Shown in pieces: positions 27,201-35,614 of a stretch of DNA of 64,000 nt. Origin of the DNA: Betaproteobacteria bacterium RIFCSPLOWO2_12_FULL_68_20 (GTDB lineage: Bacteria > Pseudomonadota > Gammaproteobacteria > Burkholderiales > SG8-39); assembly GCA_001770655.1 (NCBI GenBank), contig MERQ01000092.1, positions 30,234-94,233 of the forward strand, in the 5' to 3' direction. Under the pieces are notes generated by a model. It was not told where the DNA came from and did no database searches. It saw nothing but the letters and a program-made list of their open reading frames with translations. Numbering within the stretch: position 1 is the stretch's first letter; the number at the start of each line of letters is the position of its first letter. Made by a program: the position numbers and the translations under genes.

Positions 27201-28760
27201 ATGCGCATGCCGACCGAACGCGGCGGGGAGCGGATCCCGGCCGATCTGCCCTCCTACCCTTCGATCGTCCATGCGCTCGCCGACACCGCGCGCCGCGTAC
27301 CCGGGCGCCTGGCTTACGCCTGCGAGGGCCAGAGCCTTACTTACGCGGAGCTCGCGCGCGCGGTCGGCGGGCTCGCCGACCGGCTCGCCACGCTCGGCGC
27401 GCGCGCAAGCCGCGTCGCCCTGATGATGACGACCTCGCCCGAGATGGCGGTCGCCTCGCTCGGCGCGATGGCGGCGGGGGCGCAGGTGGCGCCGCTCAAC
27501 CCCAGCTACACCGAGCGCGAGATGACGCCGCTGCTTGCCGACACCGAGCCCGCGGCGATCGTGTGCCTGCCCGAGTTCGAGGCGAAGGCGTGGCTGCAGG
27601 CGGCGAAGCTTCCCGGCTGCAAGGTCGAGGTGATCGAGCCCCGCGGCGCGACGATCGGCAAGTGGGCACGGGACGCGGGCATGACTTTGCCGCGCACGCT
27701 TCCCGCGCCGGAAGATCGCTCGTGCATCTTCTTCACCGGCGGCACGACCGGCGTGCCCAAGGGCGCCGAGCACAACCACGCCGGGCTGATCGCCTATTGC
27801 CGTCAGCTCACCGCGATCTGGCCCATGACGTTCGATGCCGAGCGCTTCCTGATGGTGGCGCCGATGTTCCATGTCTTCGGTCACCACTTCTCGACGCTAT
27901 GGCCGGTCTATCTCGGCGCCAGCATCGCCCTCGTGCCGCGCTACAAGCCGGAGGTCGTTCTCGCCGAGCTCGCGCACCACAAGGTGACCGTGTTCCCGGG
28001 CGGCCCGTCCGCGATCTACATCGGCCTGCTCGCGCGGCTCGAGATCGACGCGACCGATTTCTCCGCGCTGCGCGTGTGCATCTCGGGCGGCGCGCCATGT
28101 CCCGGCGCGATGCTCGAGGCCTGGGAGAAGAAAACCGGCGCGCCGATCCTCGAAGGCCTCGGCATGTCGGAGGGCGCGCCGGTCACGTGCAGCCCGGCGA
28201 ACGGCCCGCGCAAGCTCCTCTCGGTCGGCATCGTGCCGCCGGAGACCGACATCCAGGTGGTGGATCTCGAAACCGGCACGAAGAAGATGCCCGCGGGTGA
28301 GCGCGGCGAGATTCGCGTGCGCGGCCCGCAGTTCACGCTCGGCTACCGCAACCGTCCGGAGGAGACGGCGAACGCGATCCGCGACGGCTGGCTCTACACG
28401 GGCGACGTGGGGTATTTCGACGACGACGGGTATCTGTTCGTAGTCGACCGCAAGAAGGAGATCATCCTCGTCGGCGGCTACAACGTCTACCCGCGCGAGG
28501 TGGACGAGGTGCTGCATTCGCACCCGGCGGTGCAGGAGGCGGCGGCGGTCGGCGCGCCCGACGAATTTCGCGGCGAGGTGGTGAAAGCGTTCGTCGCGCT
28601 CAAGCCCGGCGCCGCACTGTCCGGGGAGCAGCTGATCGCCTTCTGCGCGGAGCGGCTCGCGCCTTACAAGGTGCCGGTTGCCGTGACCTTCCTCGAAGCG
28701 CTGCCGAAAACCGGCCCGGCCAAGATCGACAAGCTGGCGCTCAAGGGGCTGCGGCGCTGA
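27201..28760 (+). CDS. AMP-binding acyl/aryl-CoA ligase
   Basis: The 519-aa ORF has the motifs FFTGGTTGVPKG, GDVGYFDDDGYLFVVDRKKEII and PKTGPAKIDK. Confidence 0.85.
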   Translation: MRMPTERGGERIPADLPSYPSIVHALADTARRVPGRLAYACEGQSLTYAELARAVGGLADRLATLGARASRVALMMTTSPEMAVASLGAMAAGAQVAPLNPSYTEREMTPLLADTEPAAIVCLPEFEAKAWLQAAKLPGCKVEVIEPRGATIGKWARDAGMTLPRTLPAPEDRSCIFFTGGTTGVPKGAEHNHAGLIAYCRQLTAIWPMTFDAERFLMVAPMFHVFGHHFSTLWPVYLGASIALVPRYKPEVVLAELAHHKVTVFPGGPSAIYIGLLARLEIDATDFSALRVCISGGAPCPGAMLEAWEKKTGAPILEGLGMSEGAPVTCSPANGPRKLLSVGIVPPETDIQVVDLETGTKKMPAGERGEIRVRGPQFTLGYRNRPEETANAIRDGWLYTGDVGYFDDDGYLFVVDRKKEIILVGGYNVYPREVDEVLHSHPAVQEAAAVGAPDEFRGEVVKAFVALKPGAALSGEQLIAFCAERLAPYKVPVAVTFLEALPKTGPAKIDKLALKGLRR

Positions 28761-28772
28761 GACAGCGTCAGC

Positions 28773-28827
28773 GGCTGGCCGAACGGCGCGCGCGCCGCGC
28801 AGGTGGCGAAGCAGGTGTTCGAGGAGC
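28773..28827 (+). repeat. Direct repeat of the 3-prime end of the CMD-family gene (53/55 identical to 27131-27185); relic coding fragment
   Basis: I aligned the two by eye: ggctggccgaacggcg[t/c]gc[a/g]cgccgcgcaggtggcgaagcaggtgttcgaggagc. In frame it reads GWPNGARAAQVAKQVFEE, with no upstream gene body. Confidence 0.8.
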
Positions 28828-28961
28828 AGGGCGAGCCGGCGCGCCGACCCACAAGGCGGCGTCGATTTGGGAAAACGGCGCGACGGCCAGCGAAAAAGCG
28901 CGGGCTTCCGGCTCCGACCAGCGGCCCGCGAGCTCATCCAGGTCGTGGAATGTCTTCACGG

Positions 28962-28995
28962 CTGTATTGTACCCGGTGTATTATCCGTATTACAG
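28962..28995 (+). promoter_or_regulatory. AT-rich repeat region upstream of vapB (candidate promoter/operator)
   Basis: There are three (T/C)GTATT repeats at 28963, 28977 and 28986. They are flanked by the inverted pair CTGTA (28962) / TACAG (28991). This is the only AT-rich patch in the 250-bp intergenic region. Confidence 0.35.
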
Positions 28996-29011
28996 GACCG
29001 GAGCCGACACC

Positions 29012-29266
29012 ATGACCTTGACCGTGCGACTCGAACCCGAGCTGGAACGCAAGCTCGACGCGGTATGCAAGCGTCGCAAGACCACGAAGTCCGCGGTGGT
29101 GACGGATCTCGTTCGCCAGTTCGTCGCTCGTGAGCCGCAGTTGAGCGCCTACGAGGTCGCGCGGAAGATCGGTTTGATCGGCAGCGTCGCGTCCGGACCA
29201 TCGGACATCTCAGCCAACGCCAAGAAATACGTCCAGCGCGCGATCCGTGCGAAGTATCGTCGCTGA
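29012..29266 (+). CDS. vapB: Ribbon-helix-helix (CopG/VapB-type) antitoxin
   Basis: The ATG at 29012 follows GGAG. The product starts MTLTVRLEPELERKLDAVCKRRKTTKSAVVTDLVRQFV, a typical RHH N-terminus. It overlaps the PIN gene by 20 nt. Confidence 0.75.
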   Translation: MTLTVRLEPELERKLDAVCKRRKTTKSAVVTDLVRQFVAREPQLSAYEVARKIGLIGSVASGPSDISANAKKYVQRAIRAKYRR

Positions 29267-29651
29267 CGCCGGGCCGCTGGTCGCGATGTTCTACCGCCGC
29301 GACCGGAACCACACGCGCGTACGCGAGTTCCTGCGACAAAACTCGTGCGGTCTGCTGACCACATGGCCGGTCGCCACTGAGGTGTGGCACCTTCTGCCGC
29401 GATCAGCGCGACTCGATTTCATGAAATGGGTCGTCGGAGGCGGAGTGACGTTGCTCGAAATCCCGCCGGACGGTTCCCGCGCGATGCTCGACCTGCTCGA
29501 GAAGTACCGGGATAGGCCCATGGATCTCGCCGATGCTTCGCTCGTGGAGCTCGCCGAGCGCACCGGGATCGAGGAGGTGCTTACGACCGACCGAGCCGAT
29601 TTCGATACCTACCGCCTGTCCGGAAACCGGCGCTTCGTGCAGGTCCTCTAG
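29247..29651 (+). CDS. vapC: PIN-domain toxin (VapC-type ribonuclease)
   Basis: The 134-aa ORF reads ...IVADAGPLVAMF... DLADASLVELAERTGIEEVLTTDRADF, with the conserved acidic PIN residues. Confidence 0.85.
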   Translation: MRSIVADAGPLVAMFYRRDRNHTRVREFLRQNSCGLLTTWPVATEVWHLLPRSARLDFMKWVVGGGVTLLEIPPDGSRAMLDLLEKYRDRPMDLADASLVELAERTGIEEVLTTDRADFDTYRLSGNRRFVQVL

Positions 29652-30682
29652 TTGCCGTACTCCGCTCGCAGCATCTTCGCCGCCTCGACCATCGCCTTCA
29701 TCTTGCCGAAGGCGGACTCGCGCGGCAGGTATTTCATGCCGCAATCCGGGGCGAGGATCACGTTCTCCTTCGGGACATAGGCGAGCGCGCGCTTGACGCG
29801 CGCCATCACCGTCTGCGGCGACTCGACCGCCGGATCGCTGAGGTCGATGCAGCCGACCATGATCTTCTTTCCGGGTAGCTGCGCCAGCACCGCGCAGTCC
29901 AGGTTCGACTGCGCGGTCTCGATCGAGACCTGGGCGCAGGAGCAGCCTGCGAGCTCGGGCAGGAACGAATAGCCGCCGGGACGCTCGTGGATGATCGCCG
30001 CATAGCCGAAGCAGATGTGCACCGCGGTCGTGCCTGAGACTCCGTCCAGGGCGCGGTTGAGCGCCTTCAGGCCGTACTGCCGCGCCTTTTCCGGCCGGGC
30101 CTGCATGTACGGCTCGTCCACCTGCACCACGTCGGCGCCGGCGGCGAACAGGTCGCGGATCTCCTCGTTCACCGCCGCCGCGTAATCCATCGCCGCTTCT
30201 TCCTGCGACGGGTAGTAGTCGTTCTGCGCCTGCTGGCTCATGGTGAACGGTCCCGGCACTGTGATCTTCACCTGCTTCGAGGTGTGCTTCTTCAGGAAGC
30301 GCAGGTCTTCGACCTCGACCGGATGCTTCCGGCGCACGCGGCCGACGATGCGCGGCACCGGGTTCGGATGCCCCGAGCGGTCGAGCGCGGTGCCGGGATG
30401 GTCGATGTCCACGCCTTCCAGCGCGGTGGCGAAGCGGTTGGAGTAGCTCTCGCGCCGGATCTCGCCGTCGGTGATGATGTCCAGGCCCGCCTCCTCCTGC
30501 GCCCGGATGGCGAGCAGCGTCGCGTCGTCCTGCGCCTGCGCGAGGAGCGGCGGCGGCACGCGCCAGAGCTCCTGCGCCCGCACACGCGGCGGAAAGCGCG
30601 CCGCGAGCTTGGCGCGGTCGATGAGCCACTCGGGCTGCGGGTAGCTGCCGACCAGCGTGGTGGGAAAGAGCATGGAACTCAT
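29648..30682 (-). CDS. Short MetE-like (cobalamin-independent methionine synthase catalytic-domain family) Zn alkyltransferase, paralog 2
   Basis: The ATG at 30682 overlaps the upstream stop (ATGA). The 344-aa product starts MSSMLFPTTLVGSYPQPEWL. Zn-site-like motifs are VHICFGY (HxC) and APDCGMKYL. Confidence 0.8.
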   Translation of the reverse strand: MSSMLFPTTLVGSYPQPEWLIDRAKLAARFPPRVRAQELWRVPPPLLAQAQDDATLLAIRAQEEAGLDIITDGEIRRESYSNRFATALEGVDIDHPGTALDRSGHPNPVPRIVGRVRRKHPVEVEDLRFLKKHTSKQVKITVPGPFTMSQQAQNDYYPSQEEAAMDYAAAVNEEIRDLFAAGADVVQVDEPYMQARPEKARQYGLKALNRALDGVSGTTAVHICFGYAAIIHERPGGYSFLPELAGCSCAQVSIETAQSNLDCAVLAQLPGKKIMVGCIDLSDPAVESPQTVMARVKRALAYVPKENVILAPDCGMKYLPRESAFGKMKAMVEAAKMLRAEYGN

Positions 30683-31782
30683 CCTTCGATGAACCTGGGG
30701 GACGTCTTCCTCAGCCGCTCGGGATCGATACGGCCGCTCCTTTGAATATAGCTCCAAGCGAACTCGCGCGGGGAAAGCCGCATGTGCTCGGGGAAGCGGT
30801 CGTACCATGCGCCGCTCGCGTCGGCCGCCGCGACGAGCTTCTCGACGATCGGCCTGCGCCCGGCCTCGAACGCCGCGAGCGCAGCCGGAACGTCGCCCCC
30901 CTCCTCGTGCAGCGCGCGCTCCAGGGCGATGGCGTCCTCCATGGCCAGCCGCGTCCCCGAGCCGATCGAGAAATGCGCCGTGCGCAGCGCGTCGCCGGTG
31001 AGTACCACGTTGCCCACCGACCAGCGCCGGTTGCGCACATTGGGAAAGTTGCGCCAGATCGACTTGTTGGAGACGAGCGGATGTCCCTCGAGCGTCCCGG
31101 CGAAGAGCCGCTCCCCGTACCTCAGGGTTTCCGCCTCCGACATGCGCTCGAACCCGGCGCGCGCCCAGGTCGCCGCATCACACTCGAAGATGAACGTGCT
31201 CATCGCACTCGAATGCCGGTAATGGTGGGCGTTGAACGTGTCGTGCTCGTTCTCGACGAAGGTCTGCGTCAGCGTGGAAAAAAGTTTCGTCGTGCCGAAC
31301 CAGGCGAACTTGTTCGTGAGCGGCGTGACTGTCGTGCCGAAATCCCGCATGCGCCGCACCGCCGAATTGGCGCCATCGGCCGCGACCACGAGATCGTAGC
31401 CTTCCAGCTCCTGCGGGGAGGAAAGCGCCCTTTCGAATTCGGGCACCACGCCCACGCTCGCCGCCTGCTGCTGCAGCAGCTGAAGCAGCTTTAGCCTGCC
31501 GATGGCGGCAAACCCGATGCCGTCGATCACGATCGGCGTGCCGCGGTGCACGACGGTAAGGTCGGTCCAGGTTTCCATCGCGGGCGTGATCAGCCCATAA
31601 GTCTCGGCGTCGTCCTCGCGCAGGAACTCGAGCGCCCGGTCGGAGAACACCACGCCGAAGCCGAAAGTCGCATCGGCCGGGTTCTGCTCCAGCACGCGGA
31701 TGCGCCACTGCGGATGGCGGCGCTTCGCGAGGTAGGAGAAGTAGAGGCCGGCCGGCCCGCCGCCCGCGACGAGGATGTTCAT
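30679..31782 (-). CDS. Stand-alone FAD-dependent monooxygenase, paralog of the N-terminal half of the 4010-6367 aryl-CoA hydroxylase
   Basis: The ATG at 31782 gives [54 protein letters not shown]. This aligns closely by eye with [54 protein letters not shown]. The product is 367 aa and has no OYE domain. Confidence 0.8.
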   Translation of the reverse strand: MNILVAGGGPAGLYFSYLAKRRHPQWRIRVLEQNPADATFGFGVVFSDRALEFLREDDAETYGLITPAMETWTDLTVVHRGTPIVIDGIGFAAIGRLKLLQLLQQQAASVGVVPEFERALSSPQELEGYDLVVAADGANSAVRRMRDFGTTVTPLTNKFAWFGTTKLFSTLTQTFVENEHDTFNAHHYRHSSAMSTFIFECDAATWARAGFERMSEAETLRYGERLFAGTLEGHPLVSNKSIWRNFPNVRNRRWSVGNVVLTGDALRTAHFSIGSGTRLAMEDAIALERALHEEGGDVPAALAAFEAGRRPIVEKLVAAADASGAWYDRFPEHMRLSPREFAWSYIQRSGRIDPERLRKTSPRFIEG

Positions 31783-31864
31783 CGGCGCAACTCTAAGCCG
31801 CCGCGCTCGGCCGCGCGGGTCGCCTGAGATCGAGCGCCTGTACGCCGCGATTCGTCCAGTACGG

Positions 31865-32638
31865 TCAAGCGGCGCCGGGCTCCGGAGCTCCGAATCCCCG
31901 GGACAATCGCGCGCAAAACTCATGCAGCGCTCGGGCGGCAGGATGAGCGGGCTTGGCCAAATCGGGGTCAGGACCGATCAGTGTTACCGCCACGACGGCC
32001 TCGCCGTTCCACAGCAATACCGGCGACGCAACGGCCGCCAGTCCGGGCGTGACGGTGCTGTCGATGAAGGCGAGGCGCGTCTTGCGGGCCCGCTGCAGCG
32101 CGCCCTTGAACGCTTCGCGATTGATGCGGAAGCGACGACCTTCCGCAGCGAGCGCGTCGGCCGTGACCGCGCTCGGCAGGAAGGCGACCAGTATGGTACC
32201 GGTGGCGGAGATGGAGATGGGAAGAACCGAGCCGAGCGCCAGGTTGCTCAACAGAGGGGTGGGGCTGCGCTGCCAGTGAACGACCGTCGGGCCGCGGTTA
32301 CTCCAGACCGAGAGCAAGGCCGTGAAGCCCGTTTCTGCCACCAGCTCCGGCAGCAAACGCTCGGTGAGCTGCAGCGGCTCGACTCGTTGCATCGCAGCCA
32401 GCCCGACCCGCAGCGCGAGCGGGCCGAGATCGTATCTCGTGTCGTCGCTTTGCCGCACCAGCCCGCAGCGCGCGAAACTGGCCAGATAGCGATGCGCGCT
32501 GCTGGGATCCATGCCCGCCATGGCGCTGACATCCTTGAGCGCCAACGGGCCGTCCACCCTCTCGAGCGCTTCGAGTAGCCGCACTCCGGTTTCGATGGAC
32601 TGGATACCTCGGCGCGGACGACGGGCTTGTCTTTTCAT
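31865..32638 (-). CDS. IclR-family transcriptional regulator
   Basis: The ATG at 32638 gives a 257-aa product: GIQSIETGVRLLEALERVDGPLALKDVSAMAGMDPSSAHRYLASFARCGLV plus a C-terminal effector domain. Confidence 0.85.
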   Translation of the reverse strand: MKRQARRPRRGIQSIETGVRLLEALERVDGPLALKDVSAMAGMDPSSAHRYLASFARCGLVRQSDDTRYDLGPLALRVGLAAMQRVEPLQLTERLLPELVAETGFTALLSVWSNRGPTVVHWQRSPTPLLSNLALGSVLPISISATGTILVAFLPSAVTADALAAEGRRFRINREAFKGALQRARKTRLAFIDSTVTPGLAAVASPVLLWNGEAVVAVTLIGPDPDLAKPAHPAARALHEFCARLSRGFGAPEPGAA

Positions 32639-32728
32639 CCTACCGTTTCGGTCCCTTCGAGGCGCGTGTCTCGACCGCATTATAGAGAAGCGAGCAGCCG
32701 CGGCAACGGCCGCGGCTCGAGCGTGGGC

Positions 32729-34168
32729 TTAGCTGGCGAGCGCGCCGCGTGACTCCCCGATTGCCGCTCGCTTCAACCGCTGGACCGATCGGGCATACGG
32801 TACGGGGGCGACAGTGGCGCGGATCCTCACTTGCTCGTGCCGCTCCACATGCGGCTTCTTCGACCCGCCGTTCGGTTCGCCCCAGGTAAGCTCGACTGGC
32901 GTGCCCGGTGTCGTAAACACGTCCTCCAGCATGGCGAGGGAGAGCATCTCTCCCTCGTTGTTGCTGTATCCGCAGTGACACGAAAGCCCAGCCAAGCGTC
33001 CGCCGGCGGCCCGCACTTCGTCGAAGTGAGGCCATCCGTAATACGCGACCGGAAAATCCAGCGACTTGAACCGCGGTCCTGCGCCGAATTGCGACGCGAA
33101 CACCCGCAGCACGTCGTCCCGGTTCCAGACCAAGGTGACTTTCGAGCGACGGGGTTGCTTCGCCAGCTTCTCCAGCGCTTCACGCCCGATGAAGTCGTGA
33201 TCGAACTTCAGGATGTGGCCGTAACCGAGATCCCAAGGGGTCACGTAATAGTCCTCGATGTTCGACGAGTAGAAGCTGCCGGCAAGCTGCGCATTGGCTT
33301 CCCACCCGTCGGCCGAAAGCCATTCACGGAAGCCTCGCAACTCTTCGCCGGTGTAGATGCCAGGCAGGGGATACGGCATCCACCCGAACTCGAAGATGGT
33401 GCTGAAGTAGGTCTTCGTTCCTCCGGGTACGAGCCCATGCTTCCTGCCCGCTTCCAGGATCGCCGACCTCACTGCAGCCATCTCGTCGTAGGGCCCGGAC
33501 AGCTCGACTCCCATGTGACCGGCCATGCCGTGCCTCAGCACCAGCACCTCGTGGCCGCGAATTTTCACGCGCGCGGTGTGGAAGAACGCGATCTCCGGCG
33601 CGCCCGCGTCCGCAAGCTCGCCGAAGATCTTCGCGGCATTGGGACCTTCGAGCTGAAAGCGGTACTTGACCCGCCTGCCGGCCGCGTTGAACGGCGTCGG
33701 ATCGTCACGTTCGATGGAAACCTTGTAGCCGCCCGCCTGCGCCTGGTACTGAACCCAATTGAGCACCGACATCCCGCTGATCAATTCAAAGCTTTCCGGG
33801 GCATGGCAGTAGGCGATGCAATCGCCGATCACGTGGCCGCGCGGCGTGCATGCCACGAACTGCTTGGCCCTGTCGGGCGCAAAGTTCACAAAGGTATTGA
33901 TGCCGAGCCGCTCGAGCAGGCGGAGCGCGTCCGGCCCGCTCAGAAAAAGCTCGGGCATGTGGTGCGACTGGTCGAAGAGAATCGCCGTTTCTCTCCAGGC
34001 GCGCTGTTCGTCGCGCCAATTCGTGAATTCCGGCGGTATGTAAGCAGCGGTCAGCGACGTTCTGGCCCGGTAGTGCGGCGCCAGCGTCTCATTGAAAAAA
34101 TACCTTACGAGATCCGGAGTCTCATCGAGGAGATCCTGAAGCGATTTTCCCCCGCCAGATTTCAGCAT
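32729..34168 (-). CDS. Tetrahydrofolate-dependent aromatic O-demethylase, LigM/DesA-like (aminomethyltransferase fold)
   Basis: The 479-aa ORF contains EFTNWRDEQRAWRETAILFDQSHHM, LRHGMAGHMGVELSGPY, NIEDYYVTPWDLGYGHILKFDHDFIGREALE and TWGEPNGGSKKP. These closely track my memory of Sphingobium LigM. Confidence 0.8.
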   Translation of the reverse strand: MLKSGGGKSLQDLLDETPDLVRYFFNETLAPHYRARTSLTAAYIPPEFTNWRDEQRAWRETAILFDQSHHMPELFLSGPDALRLLERLGINTFVNFAPDRAKQFVACTPRGHVIGDCIAYCHAPESFELISGMSVLNWVQYQAQAGGYKVSIERDDPTPFNAAGRRVKYRFQLEGPNAAKIFGELADAGAPEIAFFHTARVKIRGHEVLVLRHGMAGHMGVELSGPYDEMAAVRSAILEAGRKHGLVPGGTKTYFSTIFEFGWMPYPLPGIYTGEELRGFREWLSADGWEANAQLAGSFYSSNIEDYYVTPWDLGYGHILKFDHDFIGREALEKLAKQPRRSKVTLVWNRDDVLRVFASQFGAGPRFKSLDFPVAYYGWPHFDEVRAAGGRLAGLSCHCGYSNNEGEMLSLAMLEDVFTTPGTPVELTWGEPNGGSKKPHVERHEQVRIRATVAPVPYARSVQRLKRAAIGESRGALAS

Positions 34169-34233
34169 GGCCTCAGCCTTCCATTCCTGCAGGGCCCCCC
34201 GCCGACAATGACTACGTCCGTTTCCCTCAAGAA

Positions 34234-35412
34234 CTACTTCTTCATCGACGCTTTGACCGGATCCTTGACGTTCTCGATCCTGTCAATCTCGACGTTGAGT
34301 GCCCTGTCACCGACGGTTTGGACCCGACGGATATACACCGTCTGGACGATATCGCGGGTCTCGGGATCGATACTGATCGGGCCGCGCGGGCTTTCCCAGG
34401 ACATACCCTTAGCGGCCTCGACGAGGGCAGCGCCGTCGGTCTTGCCTGCGGTCTTCTTCAACGCTTCGTAGATCAAGTGCATGCCGTCGTAACCGCCGAC
34501 CGAAAGGAAGTCCGGATTTCTCCGATAAGCCTCCCGATAGGCTGTGACGAACTCTCGGTTCTTGCGTGAATCGTGGTTGAAGTCGTAGTGCCACGCCGTG
34601 ATGATGCCGAGCGCGGCCTTGCCCATGCTCTTGACGGCGCTTTCGTCGGTGACCTCGCCTGTTCCGAGAATCCTCGTCTTGTTGGGATCGATGCCGCGCT
34701 CGGCAAACGCCCTCCCCAGCGCACCGGGCTGCGTACCCCCGGGCACGAAAACGAAGATTGATTCCGGACTAAGGTCCTTCGCCCGCTGGACGAACGCCGA
34801 GAAATCCGGGTTGGCCACCGGCATGCGGACTGAACCCACGATCTCGCCGCCCGCCGCCTTGAACCTGCGCTGGAACGCGCCTTCGGCGTCGTGGCCCGGG
34901 CCGTAGTCCGAGACCATGGTGTAGGCCTTCCTCACTTCGTTCCTGTAAGCCCACGCCCCAAGGGATTCGGCGATCTGCGGCAGAGTCATGGACGTGCGCA
35001 CCGAATACTGCGACTTCATCGTGATGATGGAGGTCGCCGCGTTCATGATCACCATGAACTTCGCCGCCTGCGCCGACACGTCGGAGGCGGCGAGCGCGTT
35101 GGGAGTCGCCACGAAACCGGCGAGGATATCCACGTTGTCGCGCACCACCAGTTCCTGAGCATGCCGCTTGGCGATGTCCGGCGCTATGCCGCCCGTGTCC
35201 CGGCGTATCAGTTCGATCTTGCGACCGGCGACCGTATCGCCGTGCTGCTTCATGTAGAGCTTGATGCCGTTGTCCATCTGCGCCCCGAGGTCCGCGAACT
35301 GACCGGAGTACTCCATGATCAGTCCGATCTTGACCGGGCCCTGCGCTTGAGCGGCGGCGGCGATCGTAAGGGCCGCGACCAAGCTTGCCGAACATGTCAG
35401 GCGTGCACGCAT
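34234..35412 (-). CDS. Periplasmic substrate-binding protein, LivK-type ABC family (no cognate permease or ATPase adjacent)
   Basis: The ATG at 35412 follows AGGAGGA. The signal peptide is MRARLTCSASLVAALTIAAAAQAQGPVKIGL and the product is 392 aa. Confidence 0.8.
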   Translation of the reverse strand: MRARLTCSASLVAALTIAAAAQAQGPVKIGLIMEYSGQFADLGAQMDNGIKLYMKQHGDTVAGRKIELIRRDTGGIAPDIAKRHAQELVVRDNVDILAGFVATPNALAASDVSAQAAKFMVIMNAATSIITMKSQYSVRTSMTLPQIAESLGAWAYRNEVRKAYTMVSDYGPGHDAEGAFQRRFKAAGGEIVGSVRMPVANPDFSAFVQRAKDLSPESIFVFVPGGTQPGALGRAFAERGIDPNKTRILGTGEVTDESAVKSMGKAALGIITAWHYDFNHDSRKNREFVTAYREAYRRNPDFLSVGGYDGMHLIYEALKKTAGKTDGAALVEAAKGMSWESPRGPISIDPETRDIVQTVYIRRVQTVGDRALNVEIDRIENVKDPVKASMKK

Positions 35413-35430
35413 CGGTTCCTCCTCGGGACT

Positions 35431-35504
35431 GGCTTGTTGTACTATTGGCAATGTATTGACTAATGCACAATCTAGCGCTTCAAGGCAGCAAGCGCAAGAG
35501 GGGG
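35431..35504 (+). repeat. Intergenic repeat R, copy 1 (66-bp core, 60/66 identical to 39197-39262)
   Basis: The core is gttgtactattggcaatgtattgactaatgcacaatctagcgcttcaaggcagcaagcgcaagagg. It also explains the matching spurious ORF N-termini in the track: MCISQYIANSTT and MCISQYVANSTT. Confidence 0.85.
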
Positions 35505-35614
35505 AAGGGCATGGGGGCGAGGCCGCTCTGCGACGTAGGGAGCAAGTTTTCGGGATCTGCGCGAAGGTTGCGCCCGCGCCGAAACATCCTCACGGACGAG
35601 GTATGGGGGACCGC

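Noticed and set aside
28803-29015. ORF 28803-29015 (+, 70 aa) starting MAKQVFEEQGEP.
   Set aside because: Its start is the duplicated tail of the CMD-family gene and the rest is Arg/Pro-rich read-through into the vapB promoter region. I treat it as a relic, not a gene.
35436-35460. Possible sigma-54 promoter (TGGCA-N-TTGA) inside repeat R.
   Set aside because: The GG-to-GC spacing is off by one (GG-N9-GA instead of GG-N10-GC) and the -12 element is TTGA rather than TTGC. No enhancer-binding-protein gene is nearby.
34769-35470. ORFs 34769-35470 (-) and 38911-39231 (-), which share the N-terminus MCISQY(I/V)ANSTT and might look like a conserved small protein family.
   Set aside because: The shared peptide is just the translation of the non-coding repeat R. 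The remainder of each ORF overlaps real genes in antisense and is low-complexity.
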